64,000 nt of DNA from a bacterium (lineage in GTDB: Bacteria > UBA8248 > JACPRG01 > G963555815). The notes below the pieces were generated by a model that worked only from the letters and a program-made list of their open reading frames with translations, was not told the origin of the DNA and did not search any database. Both the position numbers and the translations under genes were made by a program. Location of the stretch: assembly GCA_965218795.1 (NCBI GenBank), contig OZ244653.1:2144001-2208000 (forward strand), in the 5' to 3' direction. Positions 40,354-50,559 of this stretch are shown here, in pieces. Within the stretch, counting starts at the first letter, position 1; the number at the start of each line of letters is the position of its first letter.

Positions 40354-40511
40354 GTAGTCTCTCCATTTCAAGTGTGAATTGGGGGGGCGAATCCTCTCTA
40401 CTCTCCGACTTCAGAAGATTTCAAAGGCAGGAGATCAAGGGCCAGGGAATTGCCGCGAATCCCGCCCTTAACTCGTAATAGGCGAAAAAAGCTTCGATTA
40501 TTCCTGCAATC

Positions 40512-40615
40512 TTACTTCACAACCTTCCTCTCTGCCGTTGTCATGGCTCCTCCCTCTCTGTCTTCCGAAGGACCTCCTTCCCCCTTTGATAGATATCATC
40601 TGTTCTGGTCGTACA
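40512..40615 (-). mobile_element. IS481-like left-end remnant (copy 1)
   Basis: Minus strand TGTAC...GGGAGGAGCC-ATG ACA ACG GCA GAG AGG AAG GTT, then a stop. Related copy at ~52876-52990. Confidence 0.5.
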
Positions 40616-40827
40616 CTTTAGACTTGCCGGTCTCGCGCTCCCGCTTCTCGGCTTCTTCCTGCAACTCACCGAATCTCAGGGTCGATGAAGAGCTTGACCG
40701 AGCGTCTCCACCCTTCCTGCGTGCGCGGCGGGCAAGGCTGGGAGCGACATGGGTAAAGGCTGCCACCGGCGCACCCACGCTGCTTGCGCGCCTACTGCTC
40801 GGCGAGGCGACGCGGGAAACGTACGCT

Positions 40828-42186
40828 CTAGGTGTCGAAATACTCGCGCGTGACCTTGAAGACCATTGGGGCCAGCAACAACAGGCCGATGAGGTTGGGC
40901 ACCGCCATCAGGCCATTCAGGGTGTCCGAGAGGTTCCACACGAAAGCCACCTTCACGTTGGCGAAACCCAGCGCCGCCAGCACCCACAGCGCGCGGTAGA
41001 CCACCAGGCTGTTTTCACTGAACAGGTACTGCCAGCACCGCTCGCCGTAATACGACCACCCGAGGATGGTGGTGAAGGCGAAGACCGCCAGCGCGATGGT
41101 GACGATATACTGACCACCCGCCATCGAACTCTGAAAGCCCGCCGAGGTGAGCGCTACGCCGGTCAGTCCTCCGCCGGCGCCCTTCATCACCCAGGCACCC
41201 GAGGTGAGAATCACCAGCGCCGTCATCGTGCAGACGATGATGGTGTCGATGAAGGTTCCCAGCATGGCGATGATGCCCTGCCGCACGGGGCTGCTGGTTT
41301 GGGCCGCCGCATGCGCGATGGCGGCGGAACCCAGGCCGGACTCGTTGGAGAACACGCCGCGCGCGACGCCGAAGCGAACCGCCGCCGCCACCGCCGCCCC
41401 GGCGAAGCCGCCAGCCGCGGCCGCTGGCGTGAACGCATGGGTGAAAATCAGGCCGATGGCCGCCGGCACCTCGGCGATGTTGATGAGGATGATGAGCAGC
41501 GCCGCCCCGACGTAGAGGACGATCATGGCCGGCACCAGCTTGCCCGCCACATCGCCGATTCGCTGAATGCCGCCGATGATGACGACGCCCACCAGCACCG
41601 CGACAATGACGCCCGTCAGCCACGTCGGAACCCCGAAGCTGCCCCCGAGCGCCGACGCCATCGAGTTGACCTGCACCGCGTTGCCGATGCCGAAGGCCGC
41701 AACCGCGCCGAATACGGCGAACGCCAGTCCCAGCCACTTGGCGAGTTCGGGCGCGAATTCGCCCACGCCGTTGCGCAGGTAGTACATGGGACCCCCCACG
41801 TACTTGCCCGCCCCATCCACTTCGCGATAAGTGACCGCGCACACCGCCTCGGCGTATTTCGTGGCCATGCCGAACAGCGCGATGAGCCACATGTAGAAAA
41901 TGGCGCCCGGCCCGCCCAGGGCGATGGCGGTGGCGACGCCGGCGATGTTCCCGGTGCCGACCGTCGCCGAGAGGGCCGTCATCAGCGCGTTGAAGGGCTT
42001 GACCTCTCCCTCGCCGCCGACGTCATCCTTCTCGGCCAGCAGCCTGAAGCCATAGCCCACCTTGCGCCAGGGCATGAACACCAGGCCAAGGGTTAAAAGC
42101 ACGCCCGTCACGCCCAGCATTCCGAGCATGGGCGGCCCCCAGGCGAAGGCGTTCACGGAATCAATAAGGGAATTGAGCCAGTCCAT
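40828..42186 (-). CDS. Sodium:alanine/glycine symporter (AGCS family)
   Basis: ALSATVGTGNIAGVATAI, GGPGAIF.MW, GGPMYY, RGVFSNESGLGS, GTFIDT, WSYYGE. Confidence 0.95.
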   Translation of the reverse strand: MDWLNSLIDSVNAFAWGPPMLGMLGVTGVLLTLGLVFMPWRKVGYGFRLLAEKDDVGGEGEVKPFNALMTALSATVGTGNIAGVATAIALGGPGAIFYMWLIALFGMATKYAEAVCAVTYREVDGAGKYVGGPMYYLRNGVGEFAPELAKWLGLAFAVFGAVAAFGIGNAVQVNSMASALGGSFGVPTWLTGVIVAVLVGVVIIGGIQRIGDVAGKLVPAMIVLYVGAALLIILINIAEVPAAIGLIFTHAFTPAAAAGGFAGAAVAAAVRFGVARGVFSNESGLGSAAIAHAAAQTSSPVRQGIIAMLGTFIDTIIVCTMTALVILTSGAWVMKGAGGGLTGVALTSAGFQSSMAGGQYIVTIALAVFAFTTILGWSYYGERCWQYLFSENSLVVYRALWVLAALGFANVKVAFVWNLSDTLNGLMAVPNLIGLLLLAPMVFKVTREYFDT

Positions 42187-42449
42187 CGCATCTCCCCTCC
42201 ATGCGCCAAACAATTGGCAAAAGATTCAGCGCCTCGCCAACGCCGGGCGGCGGACGCCGTCTTGCCATCCAAGGTCAAAATAGCAAACCCAGCCGCCACG
42301 GACAATGTTCGTGAGTGCTTTGGGGTTGGGGAGTTGGGGGATGATGGGTAGGATGAGGAATCCTGATTGCGCAAAACTTGATAAGCCATGCGCTTATTGA
42401 AAGTTGTGGCGTAAATGTTCATAAGGTGATTGGGGGGATGCAAGGGGCA

Positions 42450-42548
42450 GGCCGTTGACGATGCCGCTTTGCTTATCCTGCGTGATTCGATAGCGGTCGA
42501 TGAACCACCCAAGCGGCGTCCGCCCGTTGACCTCATACCTAAATACAC
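42450..42548 (-). pseudogene. Fragment of a Type ISP restriction-modification enzyme C-terminal region
   Basis: FRYEVNGRTPLGWFIDRYRITQDKQSGIVN resembles the Y.VNG....W...Y....DK.SGIVND motif. Isolated fragment. Confidence 0.65.
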
Positions 42549-42655
42549 CTCGGGTTAGGGTATTCTCCTGACAGTCTTCACTCCCCTTGCCGCATCGCCT
42601 CCCCTCTGCTAGCGTTCGGGAAAATCCATTTCTTTTCATCAGGAGGAGGCGCGCG

Positions 42656-43180
42656 ATGGCGGAATTCACCGTAGCCCGGTTCAAGGATGTATCCGAGGGC
42701 GTGCAGGAGGGCCAGTTCGCCGTGGGCGAGAGGAAAAAGGCGAGCGGCCTGGCGGAGCTGGACCCCATCTACAAACAATTGCTGGACATGCCGATCACGG
42801 TCACGCTGGGTTTAACCGGCCCGGACGGGCGGGTGAATCTAACGCCCATGTGGTTTGACTACGAGGGCGATACGATTTTGGTGAACACGGCCTCGCACCG
42901 AGCGAAATGCGGGTGGATAAGAGAAAACCCGCGCCTCACGATCCTGCTCGTGAACCCCGAGAACCCTTACCACTGGATGAGCATCAAGTGCACGGTCACC
43001 AACGAGATACGAGAAGGCGAGCCGGGCGGGGAGAAAGCCGGTGAGCAGCTCGACCGCATCTGGACGAAATACACGGGCCAGGACCCGCCCTACGCGCTCA
43101 GAGACCCCGTGATCGAGGAGAAGCGCGTCCTGTTCGAGTGTCGCGTGGATCGGGTCGCCACGTTCGGAAAACCGTCATAA
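42656..43180 (+). CDS. Pyridoxamine-5'-phosphate-oxidase-like (PPOX class, possibly F420-binding) protein
   Basis: GPDG.VNLTPMWFD, VNT...R.K...ENPR, PENPYHW. AGGAGG RBS. Confidence 0.8.
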   Translation: MAEFTVARFKDVSEGVQEGQFAVGERKKASGLAELDPIYKQLLDMPITVTLGLTGPDGRVNLTPMWFDYEGDTILVNTASHRAKCGWIRENPRLTILLVNPENPYHWMSIKCTVTNEIREGEPGGEKAGEQLDRIWTKYTGQDPPYALRDPVIEEKRVLFECRVDRVATFGKPS

Positions 43181-43240
43181 GGCCCCGCCAAGGCCACCGG
43201 TTCGTCCCGCGCGGCCTCGCTCAGGTCGGTTATGGTTTTG

Positions 43241-43265
43241 CTAGGGCCTGTTAGCACTAATGGTT
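43241..43265. mobile_element. Possible IS5-family-like terminal repeat remnant
   Basis: CTAG-GGCCTGTTAGCACTA resembles IS5-type ends. No transposase or second end found. Confidence 0.25.
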
Positions 43266-43466
43266 GAGATCATGTTATCCTTTGCGGTCGCATCCGAGCG
43301 GCCAGGGCGGATGCGTTCAAGGGAACTGTCGTCGAGGTGTTTGTGTTTCATGCCGATGTCGTCTATCCTATCCTCAGAATACGGTTTAGTGGGATCTTGC
43401 GGTCAATGTCCGGGGCCGACAATTCAAGCTACCGCGAATACCCAATCTACAGAGGAGGCTGGAGCA

Positions 43467-45236
43467 ATGTCATCACGCCGAGCCCTGGTCGATGTTGCCC
43501 TTGGCAATGAACCGGCGGATCTCGCGATAACGAACGGCCGTGTCGTCAATGTACTGACCCGTGAAATCTACGGCGCCGGGGTCGCGATCAAGGGCGACCG
43601 AATCGCGGCGGTCGGCGACATCGACTATGCGATCGGTGAGAACACAGAGGTGGTCGACGCGGAGAATCGCTATGTGACACCCGGCCTGATCGACGCTCAC
43701 CTCCATATGTATCACTCCTACATAGGCGTGAACGAGTTCGTCGAGGGGATGCTGCGCCATGGCGTCACCGCGTACGCAGACGGCTTCTATGGCCAGGGGA
43801 TCGTCGGCGGTAAGGACGCGGTCCGATTTTTCAAGGATGCGTTCGAGGCCACCCCTCTCAGGCTTATATTTTTGGTCCCCACTCTCGCGCACCTGCAGAA
43901 CCGCGAACTCGGCCTCGAGCCCGCGCCGGGCATCAGCGTCGAAGATATGAACGAGATGCTCGACTGGGAGGGCTGTCTGGGCTTGGAGGAGCCGCCGTTC
44001 TTGCCGATCTGCGAGAAGTGGGACGATTATCTGGACCTCTTCGACCGGTGCTTAGAGCAGCGCAAAACGATTACGGGGCATGCCGCCGGTAGTTATTGGC
44101 GCCAGATGCAAGCATATGCCGCGGTCGGCGTCAGTACCGACCACGAGGCCATTGCGGCCAACGAGGCGGTCGACAAGGCCCGGGCCGGCCTACGTGTGCT
44201 CATGCGCCTCGGATCAGGCGCGATTGACGTGCCAGAGCTCGTCAGGGCGTATGTTGAGCATAAAATCGATCCTAGAACGCTTGCCATGTGCGCTGATCTT
44301 GCATCGCCAGAGAAACTGCTGCGCGAGGGCGGGGTCGACGAAAATATCCGATCGGCCATTAAGCATGGGGTGTCGCCCGATGTCGCGCTTCAGATGGCGA
44401 CCATCAATGTTGCCGAGGCCTTCTTTTTGCAGAGGGAAATGGGGGCGGTTGCTCCCGGCCGCTACGCTGACATACTGATCGTTGACGACCTGACCACGTT
44501 TGACATCACCCGCGTATTCGTCGGCGGCGAGACCGTCGTCCAGGACGGCGAGTTCCTCGTAGACCTGACCCCCATCGAGTATCCAGGCAATTTCCGCGGC
44601 ACGATTAAGGTCGAGCGTGAGATCACCGCTGGTGATCTCGAACCACGGACCGACGCCGAGGGCCCGGTGACCGTTCGAGTGATCGGCGTGACGGGCGGCA
44701 GCCTCGTAACCGATGACGGAAGGGCGGTCCTCAACGTCGAAGACGGCGTGATCCAACCGGATCTCGTCAACGACGTCCTGCCGTTGACGATGGCAGATCG
44801 GTTCGGCAAGGGCAAGGGGCGCATCGGTAACGGCTTCGTCCGCGGCTTCGGACTGAAGCGCGGGGCGATTGCGTCGACTGTCAACGCCGTCTGCGAGAAC
44901 CTTGTTGCGGTAGGTACGAGCGCCTCCGATATGGCCTTTGCCATGAACAAGCTCGCCGAGATCGGTGGCGGGAAGATCGTCGTTGCCTATGGTGAGATTC
45001 TTGCGCTGGTGGAGTTGCCCCTTCTCGGGCTTCTTTCCGAAGAACCTACGGAGACGGTCGCGGCAAAGTTCGATAAGGCGTTCGACGCCATACGCGAACT
45101 CGGGTGCGATCTCGCGAGCCCGTTCTCGCAGCTTGAGTTCAGCTTCGCCTGCGGCGAAATCGGCGACCTGCGACTTTCTGACGAAGGGTTGTTGCGGGTT
45201 GACCCACCGGAGATGGTGCCGTTGGTCGTCGCGTGA
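43467..45236 (+). CDS. Adenine deaminase-like amidohydrolase (divergent)
   Basis: PGLIDAHLH, GH, TDHE, MATIN.A, GAVAPGRYADI, GFGLKRGAIAST, LPLLGLLS. Several Ade signature motifs are altered. Confidence 0.85.
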   Translation: MSSRRALVDVALGNEPADLAITNGRVVNVLTREIYGAGVAIKGDRIAAVGDIDYAIGENTEVVDAENRYVTPGLIDAHLHMYHSYIGVNEFVEGMLRHGVTAYADGFYGQGIVGGKDAVRFFKDAFEATPLRLIFLVPTLAHLQNRELGLEPAPGISVEDMNEMLDWEGCLGLEEPPFLPICEKWDDYLDLFDRCLEQRKTITGHAAGSYWRQMQAYAAVGVSTDHEAIAANEAVDKARAGLRVLMRLGSGAIDVPELVRAYVEHKIDPRTLAMCADLASPEKLLREGGVDENIRSAIKHGVSPDVALQMATINVAEAFFLQREMGAVAPGRYADILIVDDLTTFDITRVFVGGETVVQDGEFLVDLTPIEYPGNFRGTIKVEREITAGDLEPRTDAEGPVTVRVIGVTGGSLVTDDGRAVLNVEDGVIQPDLVNDVLPLTMADRFGKGKGRIGNGFVRGFGLKRGAIASTVNAVCENLVAVGTSASDMAFAMNKLAEIGGGKIVVAYGEILALVELPLLGLLSEEPTETVAAKFDKAFDAIRELGCDLASPFSQLEFSFACGEIGDLRLSDEGLLRVDPPEMVPLVVA

Positions 45237-45263
45237 CGCAAGCCGGAAACACGAGGAGAGATC

Positions 45264-46025
45264 ATGAGTAACGGAAAGCTGACGGGCCGAGTCGCAATCG
45301 TGACCGGTGGATCGCGGGGGCTTGGACAGGCGATCGCGTGGGAATTCGCAAACGAGGGTGCTGACGTGGCCGTGGTCGGGCGAGACGAAGGCGCCCTCGG
45401 GGAAACGGTTGCCGGCATCGAGCAGCGTGGCAGAAAGGCCGTCGCTATTGCGGCAGAACTCCGTGACGTCGCCTCGATTCCGGGTGTCTTCGACAAAGCC
45501 GAGAAGGAGCTCGGCGAGTCGACGATCCTTGTCAATAGTGCGGGCGTGCAGGGGGATCGTCCTGCACTCGATGTCACTGAGGAGCAGTATGACGAGGTAG
45601 CCGATACCAACATGAAGGCGCTCTTCTTCTGCTGCCAGGAGGCCGGCAAGCGGTGGATCGATCGCAAGAGTGGAGGGCGCATCATCAACCTCGGTTCTAT
45701 TTTCGCCGTCGTCGGGATGGGGAATTTCTCGGTCTACTGTTCAACAAAAGGCGGCGTGCTGCTGCTGTCCAAATCTCTCGCGATCGAATGGGCGAATCAC
45801 GGAATCAACGTAAACCTGATCGGCCCCTGCGCCACGATGACAGACATGGTCAGACCGCTGTTCGACGACCCCGAATTCAAGGCGGCGTACATGCCGAGAG
45901 TGCCCGCCGGCGCCCTGCCTGATCCCTTGGATATCGGCAGAGCAGCCGTCTTCCTGGCCTCGGACGACGCGCGAATGATTCATGGGCACCATCTACTCGT
46001 CGACTCCGGCTATACGACCAACTAA
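45264..46025 (+). CDS. SDR-family oxidoreductase (KduD/gluconate-5-DH-like)
   Basis: TGGSRGLG, VNSAG, YCSTKGG, LAIEW. Confidence 0.9.
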   Translation: MSNGKLTGRVAIVTGGSRGLGQAIAWEFANEGADVAVVGRDEGALGETVAGIEQRGRKAVAIAAELRDVASIPGVFDKAEKELGESTILVNSAGVQGDRPALDVTEEQYDEVADTNMKALFFCCQEAGKRWIDRKSGGRIINLGSIFAVVGMGNFSVYCSTKGGVLLLSKSLAIEWANHGINVNLIGPCATMTDMVRPLFDDPEFKAAYMPRVPAGALPDPLDIGRAAVFLASDDARMIHGHHLLVDSGYTTN

Positions 46026-46041
46026 TCGAGGTTCGGGGGGG

Positions 46042-47145
46042 CTGACCCTGGTTACTGACCAGAGCGAAACACTAGGCGGTTCTGCCGCAGGCGACCCTTT
46101 CGGGAACGGTCCCCAACAGGAAGCGACCTGGGCCGCCCGCGCTTTGGAACAAACGGGTGGTTTGCTGCGTCTCGAGGTGCAGCTACTGCTCGCCCTCGCC
46201 CTCCTCTACCTCGGGTTTTCGATCGCAGAGCCCGACATCTTTATTTCCAATAGGACGATTGAGAATCTCGCCAGACAGACGGGGGTACTGCTGGTCGTCA
46301 GCGTTGGGCAGATGATGGTGCTTGTCGTGGGCGGTTTCGACATCTCGGTGGGCGCGACAGCGGGATTCGCCTCCACAGCGATGGCGCTGCTCGTTGACGA
46401 TCTGGGGTTGTACGGGGCCGTAATAGCGGCGTTGACGCTCGGAGCAGTTGTTGGAACCGTCAACGGTGTCGTTATCGCGTATCTTGGGGTCAACCCGTTC
46501 GTAGCCACTTTGGCGATGCTGACATTCCTGACCGGGTTGTCAAACGAACTGAGCAGCGGTGCTTCGGTTCCGATTACCGACCGGGGAGTGAGCATGTTCG
46601 GGGCGGACGACTGGGGGCCGCTTCCGGGGACAATAGGCATTGGACTGGTTGTCGTATTCATCGCGTACCTGCTTCTCAACCGCGTCAGGGCGGGTCTCTA
46701 TATCTATGCGATCGGGGGGGGCCGTGAGACGGCGCGTCTGTCAGGGATTTCGGTCGCCCGTTACGAGGTTCTTGCGTATGCGATGTGTGGCCTTTTTGCG
46801 GCGACGGCCGGGGTCATGCTCGCATCCAGGGTCACTCTTGGACAGGCAAGCCTCGGGGCTGGGCTGGAGCTTGAATCGATCGCCGCGGCGGTGATTGGGG
46901 GCGCCGCGATCGGTGGCGGAGTCGGTCGGCTGCTTGGCGCCGCGATGGGGGTGGCGATCCTGACGGTGCTCACCAGCGGCCTCGAGATCGTCGGTGTTTC
47001 GGAGTTCGCGCGCCAGATGGTCACCGGCGTAGTGCTGGTCGTAGCGGTCGCCTTCAACCAACGACGACGGCTAGGCGAATGGGCGATCCTCAGGCAAGCG
47101 AAATCACTGCTTCGCGGCCGGGGCGCAGGGTCCAGCGGCCCTTGA
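46042..47145 (+). CDS. Sugar/nucleoside ABC transporter permease (RbsC-like); start uncertain
   Basis: GGFDISVG, NPFVATL, IYAIGG..E.ARLSGI, ELESIAAAVIGG. Confidence 0.9.
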   Translation: MTLVTDQSETLGGSAAGDPFGNGPQQEATWAARALEQTGGLLRLEVQLLLALALLYLGFSIAEPDIFISNRTIENLARQTGVLLVVSVGQMMVLVVGGFDISVGATAGFASTAMALLVDDLGLYGAVIAALTLGAVVGTVNGVVIAYLGVNPFVATLAMLTFLTGLSNELSSGASVPITDRGVSMFGADDWGPLPGTIGIGLVVVFIAYLLLNRVRAGLYIYAIGGGRETARLSGISVARYEVLAYAMCGLFAATAGVMLASRVTLGQASLGAGLELESIAAAVIGGAAIGGGVGRLLGAAMGVAILTVLTSGLEIVGVSEFARQMVTGVVLVVAVAFNQRRRLGEWAILRQAKSLLRGRGAGSSGP

Positions 47146-47201
47146 TTCGACGTATGGTTTTCACTACCATGAAGACAAGCAAATGCGGCGGTTGAGCATG
47201 T

Positions 47202-47257
47202 TGAAGGAGAGCAAAATGCGTATGAAACCTGTGAAGGAGAGCAAAATGCGTATGAAA
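47202..47257 (+). repeat. Tandem duplication (26-nt unit, 30-nt period) containing RBS and start codon
   Basis: TGAAGGAGAGCAAAATGCGTATGAAA at 47202-47227 and 47232-47257. Confidence 0.9.
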
Positions 47258-48367
47258 TATGTGATTGCCCCCCTGAGTGTCGTCTTTCTTGCGCTTTTAT
47301 TCTGGGGACAGAACGAGGTTAGTGCCCAGACCATCAAGATCAGTCCCGACGATGAAGCCTATGCTAAGTATCAGGTGCTTCCGACGGCGAAGAAGCTGCA
47401 TACGAATCTCCCCTGCACAGTTTCTCCTACCCCGGACGAAGCCGCGGCGTACCGCGTGCCCAAGGCGAAGCGCAAATACACCATCGGCTTTATGGAGCCC
47501 ACGTTGGCGGGGCACTACTACCAGGCAGGTTCGAGCGGCGCGGTTAAGGCTGCTGCCGAAGCGGGCGTGAAGCTTGAGTTCGTTTCTGCGGGTACCGGAT
47601 ACGCGTCGCCCGAGCAGCAGTTCAAACAGGCCGAGCGTCTCCTGCTAAAAGGTGTAGACGCAGTAGCAATCATCCCGACTGATATTCAGGGTGGCGTCGC
47701 AATCACCAATCTTTTCCTCCGCGAGAAGATTCCGGTTGTGATCGTGGCCACTGAGGCTGGCTCGCCAGATGCATACATGGTCATGCAGGACGACTACCAG
47801 ATGGGTCGTGATTCGGCCGACCTGCTGGTGAAAAAGCTCGGCCCAGATGCCGGGCCGGGCATCGTGATCGCTGGTCCAGCCAACGCCACCTGGTCGGCCA
47901 AGCGGGCGGCCGGTTTCGCGGACCGGGTGAAAGAACGGTACCCGGGCGTCAAGATCGTCGTCTCGGCGACGCAGAATGTCGATCCCGCCCAAGGGCTGAA
48001 ATCATTCGAGAACGCGATCCAGGCCAATCCTGATATCAAATGGGTGTATTCGGTCTTTAACCTGCTACTCGATCCCGACTCGATGCCATCGCGGTACCAG
48101 AACGTGGCTTTCATCACGAACGGCCTGGACCCTGCCTCCATTCAGGATTTGACCGAGGGTCAATACACAACGATCATAGGCATCACACCGACTCCGATGG
48201 GGTATCAGGGGGTCGGTCACGCTGTGTCGATCCTGAACGGCGATCAAAACGTGCCCGCCCTGGTGTGTATCCCGCTGACTCAGTACACCGCGGATGACAT
48301 GCCGCCCAACGACACTGCGGTGAAGTTGGAGCTTATCCAGAAAGGGTTTGAGGTCTCGGGTGAGTGA
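47246..48367 (+). CDS. Sugar ABC transporter substrate-binding protein (RbsB-like)
   Basis: Signal peptide; GVDAVAI.P, QDDYQMG, IAGPA..TWS..R..GF, ANPDIK. Confidence 0.88.
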   Translation: MRMKYVIAPLSVVFLALLFWGQNEVSAQTIKISPDDEAYAKYQVLPTAKKLHTNLPCTVSPTPDEAAAYRVPKAKRKYTIGFMEPTLAGHYYQAGSSGAVKAAAEAGVKLEFVSAGTGYASPEQQFKQAERLLLKGVDAVAIIPTDIQGGVAITNLFLREKIPVVIVATEAGSPDAYMVMQDDYQMGRDSADLLVKKLGPDAGPGIVIAGPANATWSAKRAAGFADRVKERYPGVKIVVSATQNVDPAQGLKSFENAIQANPDIKWVYSVFNLLLDPDSMPSRYQNVAFITNGLDPASIQDLTEGQYTTIIGITPTPMGYQGVGHAVSILNGDQNVPALVCIPLTQYTADDMPPNDTAVKLELIQKGFEVSGE

Positions 48368-48409
48368 CCAAATCCAGCAGCACTTCGCTGCAAGCCTGAT
48401 GGTCTCAGG

Positions 48410-49948
48410 ATGGAATCGCTGACTGTCCCGGCCGCAGAACGCCGTGTTCCTGCCATCGGGATGCAGAATGTCAGCAAAACGTTTCCCGGCATCAAGGCTC
48501 TGGATCGCGTCAGTTTTGAAGTCGACCACGGCGAGATACACGCGTTGGTCGGGGAGAATGGGTCGGGAAAGTCCACGCTTTTGAAGTCGATGGTGGGCGC
48601 TCTCCCGCTGAACTCCGGGTTGATCCACATCAACGGGGATGAGGTTCGGCTGCGCTCACCGCGTGAAGCCAGGAAGCGATACGGTATCAAGATGATGCCG
48701 CAGGACGTCGAGTTGTGCGGGCAACTGACGACCGGCCGCAACATCATGCTGGGCCTAGAGGGAGCACTGGTCGACCGAAATAGACTGTCGCGCCGCGAGC
48801 GAGCAGCAACGACAGAAGTGCTTCGCCTGATCGGTGCTCACGTGGATCCCCGGATCAGAGCGGAGGACTTGAGTACATCGGAGGCCCGATTTATACAGAT
48901 CGCTCATGCGCTCCTGCCCCCGGTGAGCGTGGTCCTTTGCGACGAGCCGACGGCGGTACTCTCCGCGGTGGATGCCGAGGCGCTTCTGGCCACCTTAACC
49001 AGGATTCGGAGCGAGGCTGGTACGGCCATTGTATATGTCAGCCACCGGATCGGTGAGGTCCTCCAGATAGCTGACCGGATCACGATCCTGCGTGACGGCC
49101 GCAGCGTCGGTACTTTTCGACGAGACGAGATCGACCGACAACAAATGATCGAGTTGATGACCAAGTCCGCGCGCGTCGGCAAGCAAGGGGTGTCGGCGAA
49201 AGACGCTGCGCAGAGCGCAGCGAAAGGAAGCAAGCTAGCGGTTAAAGCACTTGGGCTCGGTCGAAGCTTTTCAGACGTCTCGTTCGAAGTAGCGACGGGA
49301 CAAATTGTGGGAATTGCCGGCGCGCAAGGTGCGGGATTTGGTCCGCTGCTCGCCGCAATCGCGGGCCGTATCAAATACGACGTCGGCTCTATCGAACTGG
49401 ACGGGGTCACTATTCCGCCCGGCTCAACCTCGAGAGCGTACAAGCTTGGGATCGCGCTGGTCCCTGCCGATCGACGGCAAGCGGGTATCGCCCCAACCCT
49501 CACGGTTCGGGAGAACATCGCCTTACCCGTTACTGGATCGCTTGGACGATACGGTTTCCGGCTTCGACGGGCCGAGCGAGAGGCGAGCCGAAGGTACGCT
49601 GAGGCATTCGATATCAGGGGAGCCGGGCTTAACACCAAGGCCGGAAACCTGAGCGGCGGCAACCAGCAGAAACTAGCGATTGCTCGAGCCCTTCAGGGGC
49701 CCCCCAAGTTCCTTCTACTCGAAGAGCCCACGCAAGGCATCGATGTTGGCGCCAAGGCCGAGATCCGTCATAGCATCAGCCGACTCGTACGTAACGAAGG
49801 GATGGGCGCGTTGGTTGCAAGCTCCGAGTTCGAAGATCTGATCGGCTTTTCGGATGTCCTCCATGTGATGCGTCTGGGCCAAATCGTCGCGACATTCGAT
49901 GGAAAGACGGTAACCTACTCGGAGCTCCTCCACGCGGCGCTCCCATAG
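48410..49948 (+). CDS. Sugar ABC transporter ATP-binding protein (RbsA-like, double NBD)
   Basis: GENGSGKST, DEPT, YVSHR, VPADRR, LSGGNQQK, EEPTQGIDVGAK. Confidence 0.95.
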   Translation: MESLTVPAAERRVPAIGMQNVSKTFPGIKALDRVSFEVDHGEIHALVGENGSGKSTLLKSMVGALPLNSGLIHINGDEVRLRSPREARKRYGIKMMPQDVELCGQLTTGRNIMLGLEGALVDRNRLSRRERAATTEVLRLIGAHVDPRIRAEDLSTSEARFIQIAHALLPPVSVVLCDEPTAVLSAVDAEALLATLTRIRSEAGTAIVYVSHRIGEVLQIADRITILRDGRSVGTFRRDEIDRQQMIELMTKSARVGKQGVSAKDAAQSAAKGSKLAVKALGLGRSFSDVSFEVATGQIVGIAGAQGAGFGPLLAAIAGRIKYDVGSIELDGVTIPPGSTSRAYKLGIALVPADRRQAGIAPTLTVRENIALPVTGSLGRYGFRLRRAEREASRRYAEAFDIRGAGLNTKAGNLSGGNQQKLAIARALQGPPKFLLLEEPTQGIDVGAKAEIRHSISRLVRNEGMGALVASSEFEDLIGFSDVLHVMRLGQIVATFDGKTVTYSELLHAALP

Positions 49949-50289
49949 GCGCCGCCGCTGAGGTTGCGGCGAACGGCGCAGAGTGAAACTCCAGTGATAT
50001 TGCAGTAGCACGTATTGTCGGAGTACAGCGGCACTCGCTCAAATACATCCACAAGGGCACTGTCAGACAAACGCGAACGGGTAACACGCGAACATGCTGC
50101 GCTCGCTAAAGGGGGCTCGAATTGATCCAAATCAAATTGATCAGAGGTCCGAGACCGCAATTCGTCATGACTGATTTTGGCTAACAACTGCCGTTAGCGG
50201 ATTCCAAGAAGTACGACCGGTTCACCCCCAACTCCGGACATTGCGGCGTCAAACGTCTGCTTTCGAGGGCAAACCGGTCGTAAATCTCG

Positions 50290-50445
50290 ATAGGTGTCAA
50301 TCGTCTGCATCGACCGCGCGGCCCGTTCCGCCTGGGTCACAGACACGTGCAGAAGCAGCGGGTTGCCATAGTCGGTCACCTTGTCGGTCCCGATCCGCGC
50401 CCATGCGCCGAACAAGCTGTCGCCGCAGCAGAGATGATGGTAGAC
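50290..50445 (-). pseudogene. Fragment of a Type IIG (Eco57I-like) restriction-modification enzyme
   Basis: HHLCCGDSLFGAW...YGNPLLLH...RAARSMQ resembles the HHLRCGDSL motif. Isolated fragment. Confidence 0.5.
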
Positions 50446-50559
50446 ATAGGCACGTTCATGAATCTCCGGACAAGGAGGTTCGTACCGCTTGATCAGGCCG
50501 GGTTTTCGGGATGACGACATCCGCGAGCGAGAGACCGCCCTCCAACAGATCGCTGATTT

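Noticed and set aside
47170-47257. CRISPR-like repeat
   Set aside because: Only two exact copies separated by 4 nt, with no spacers and no cas genes.
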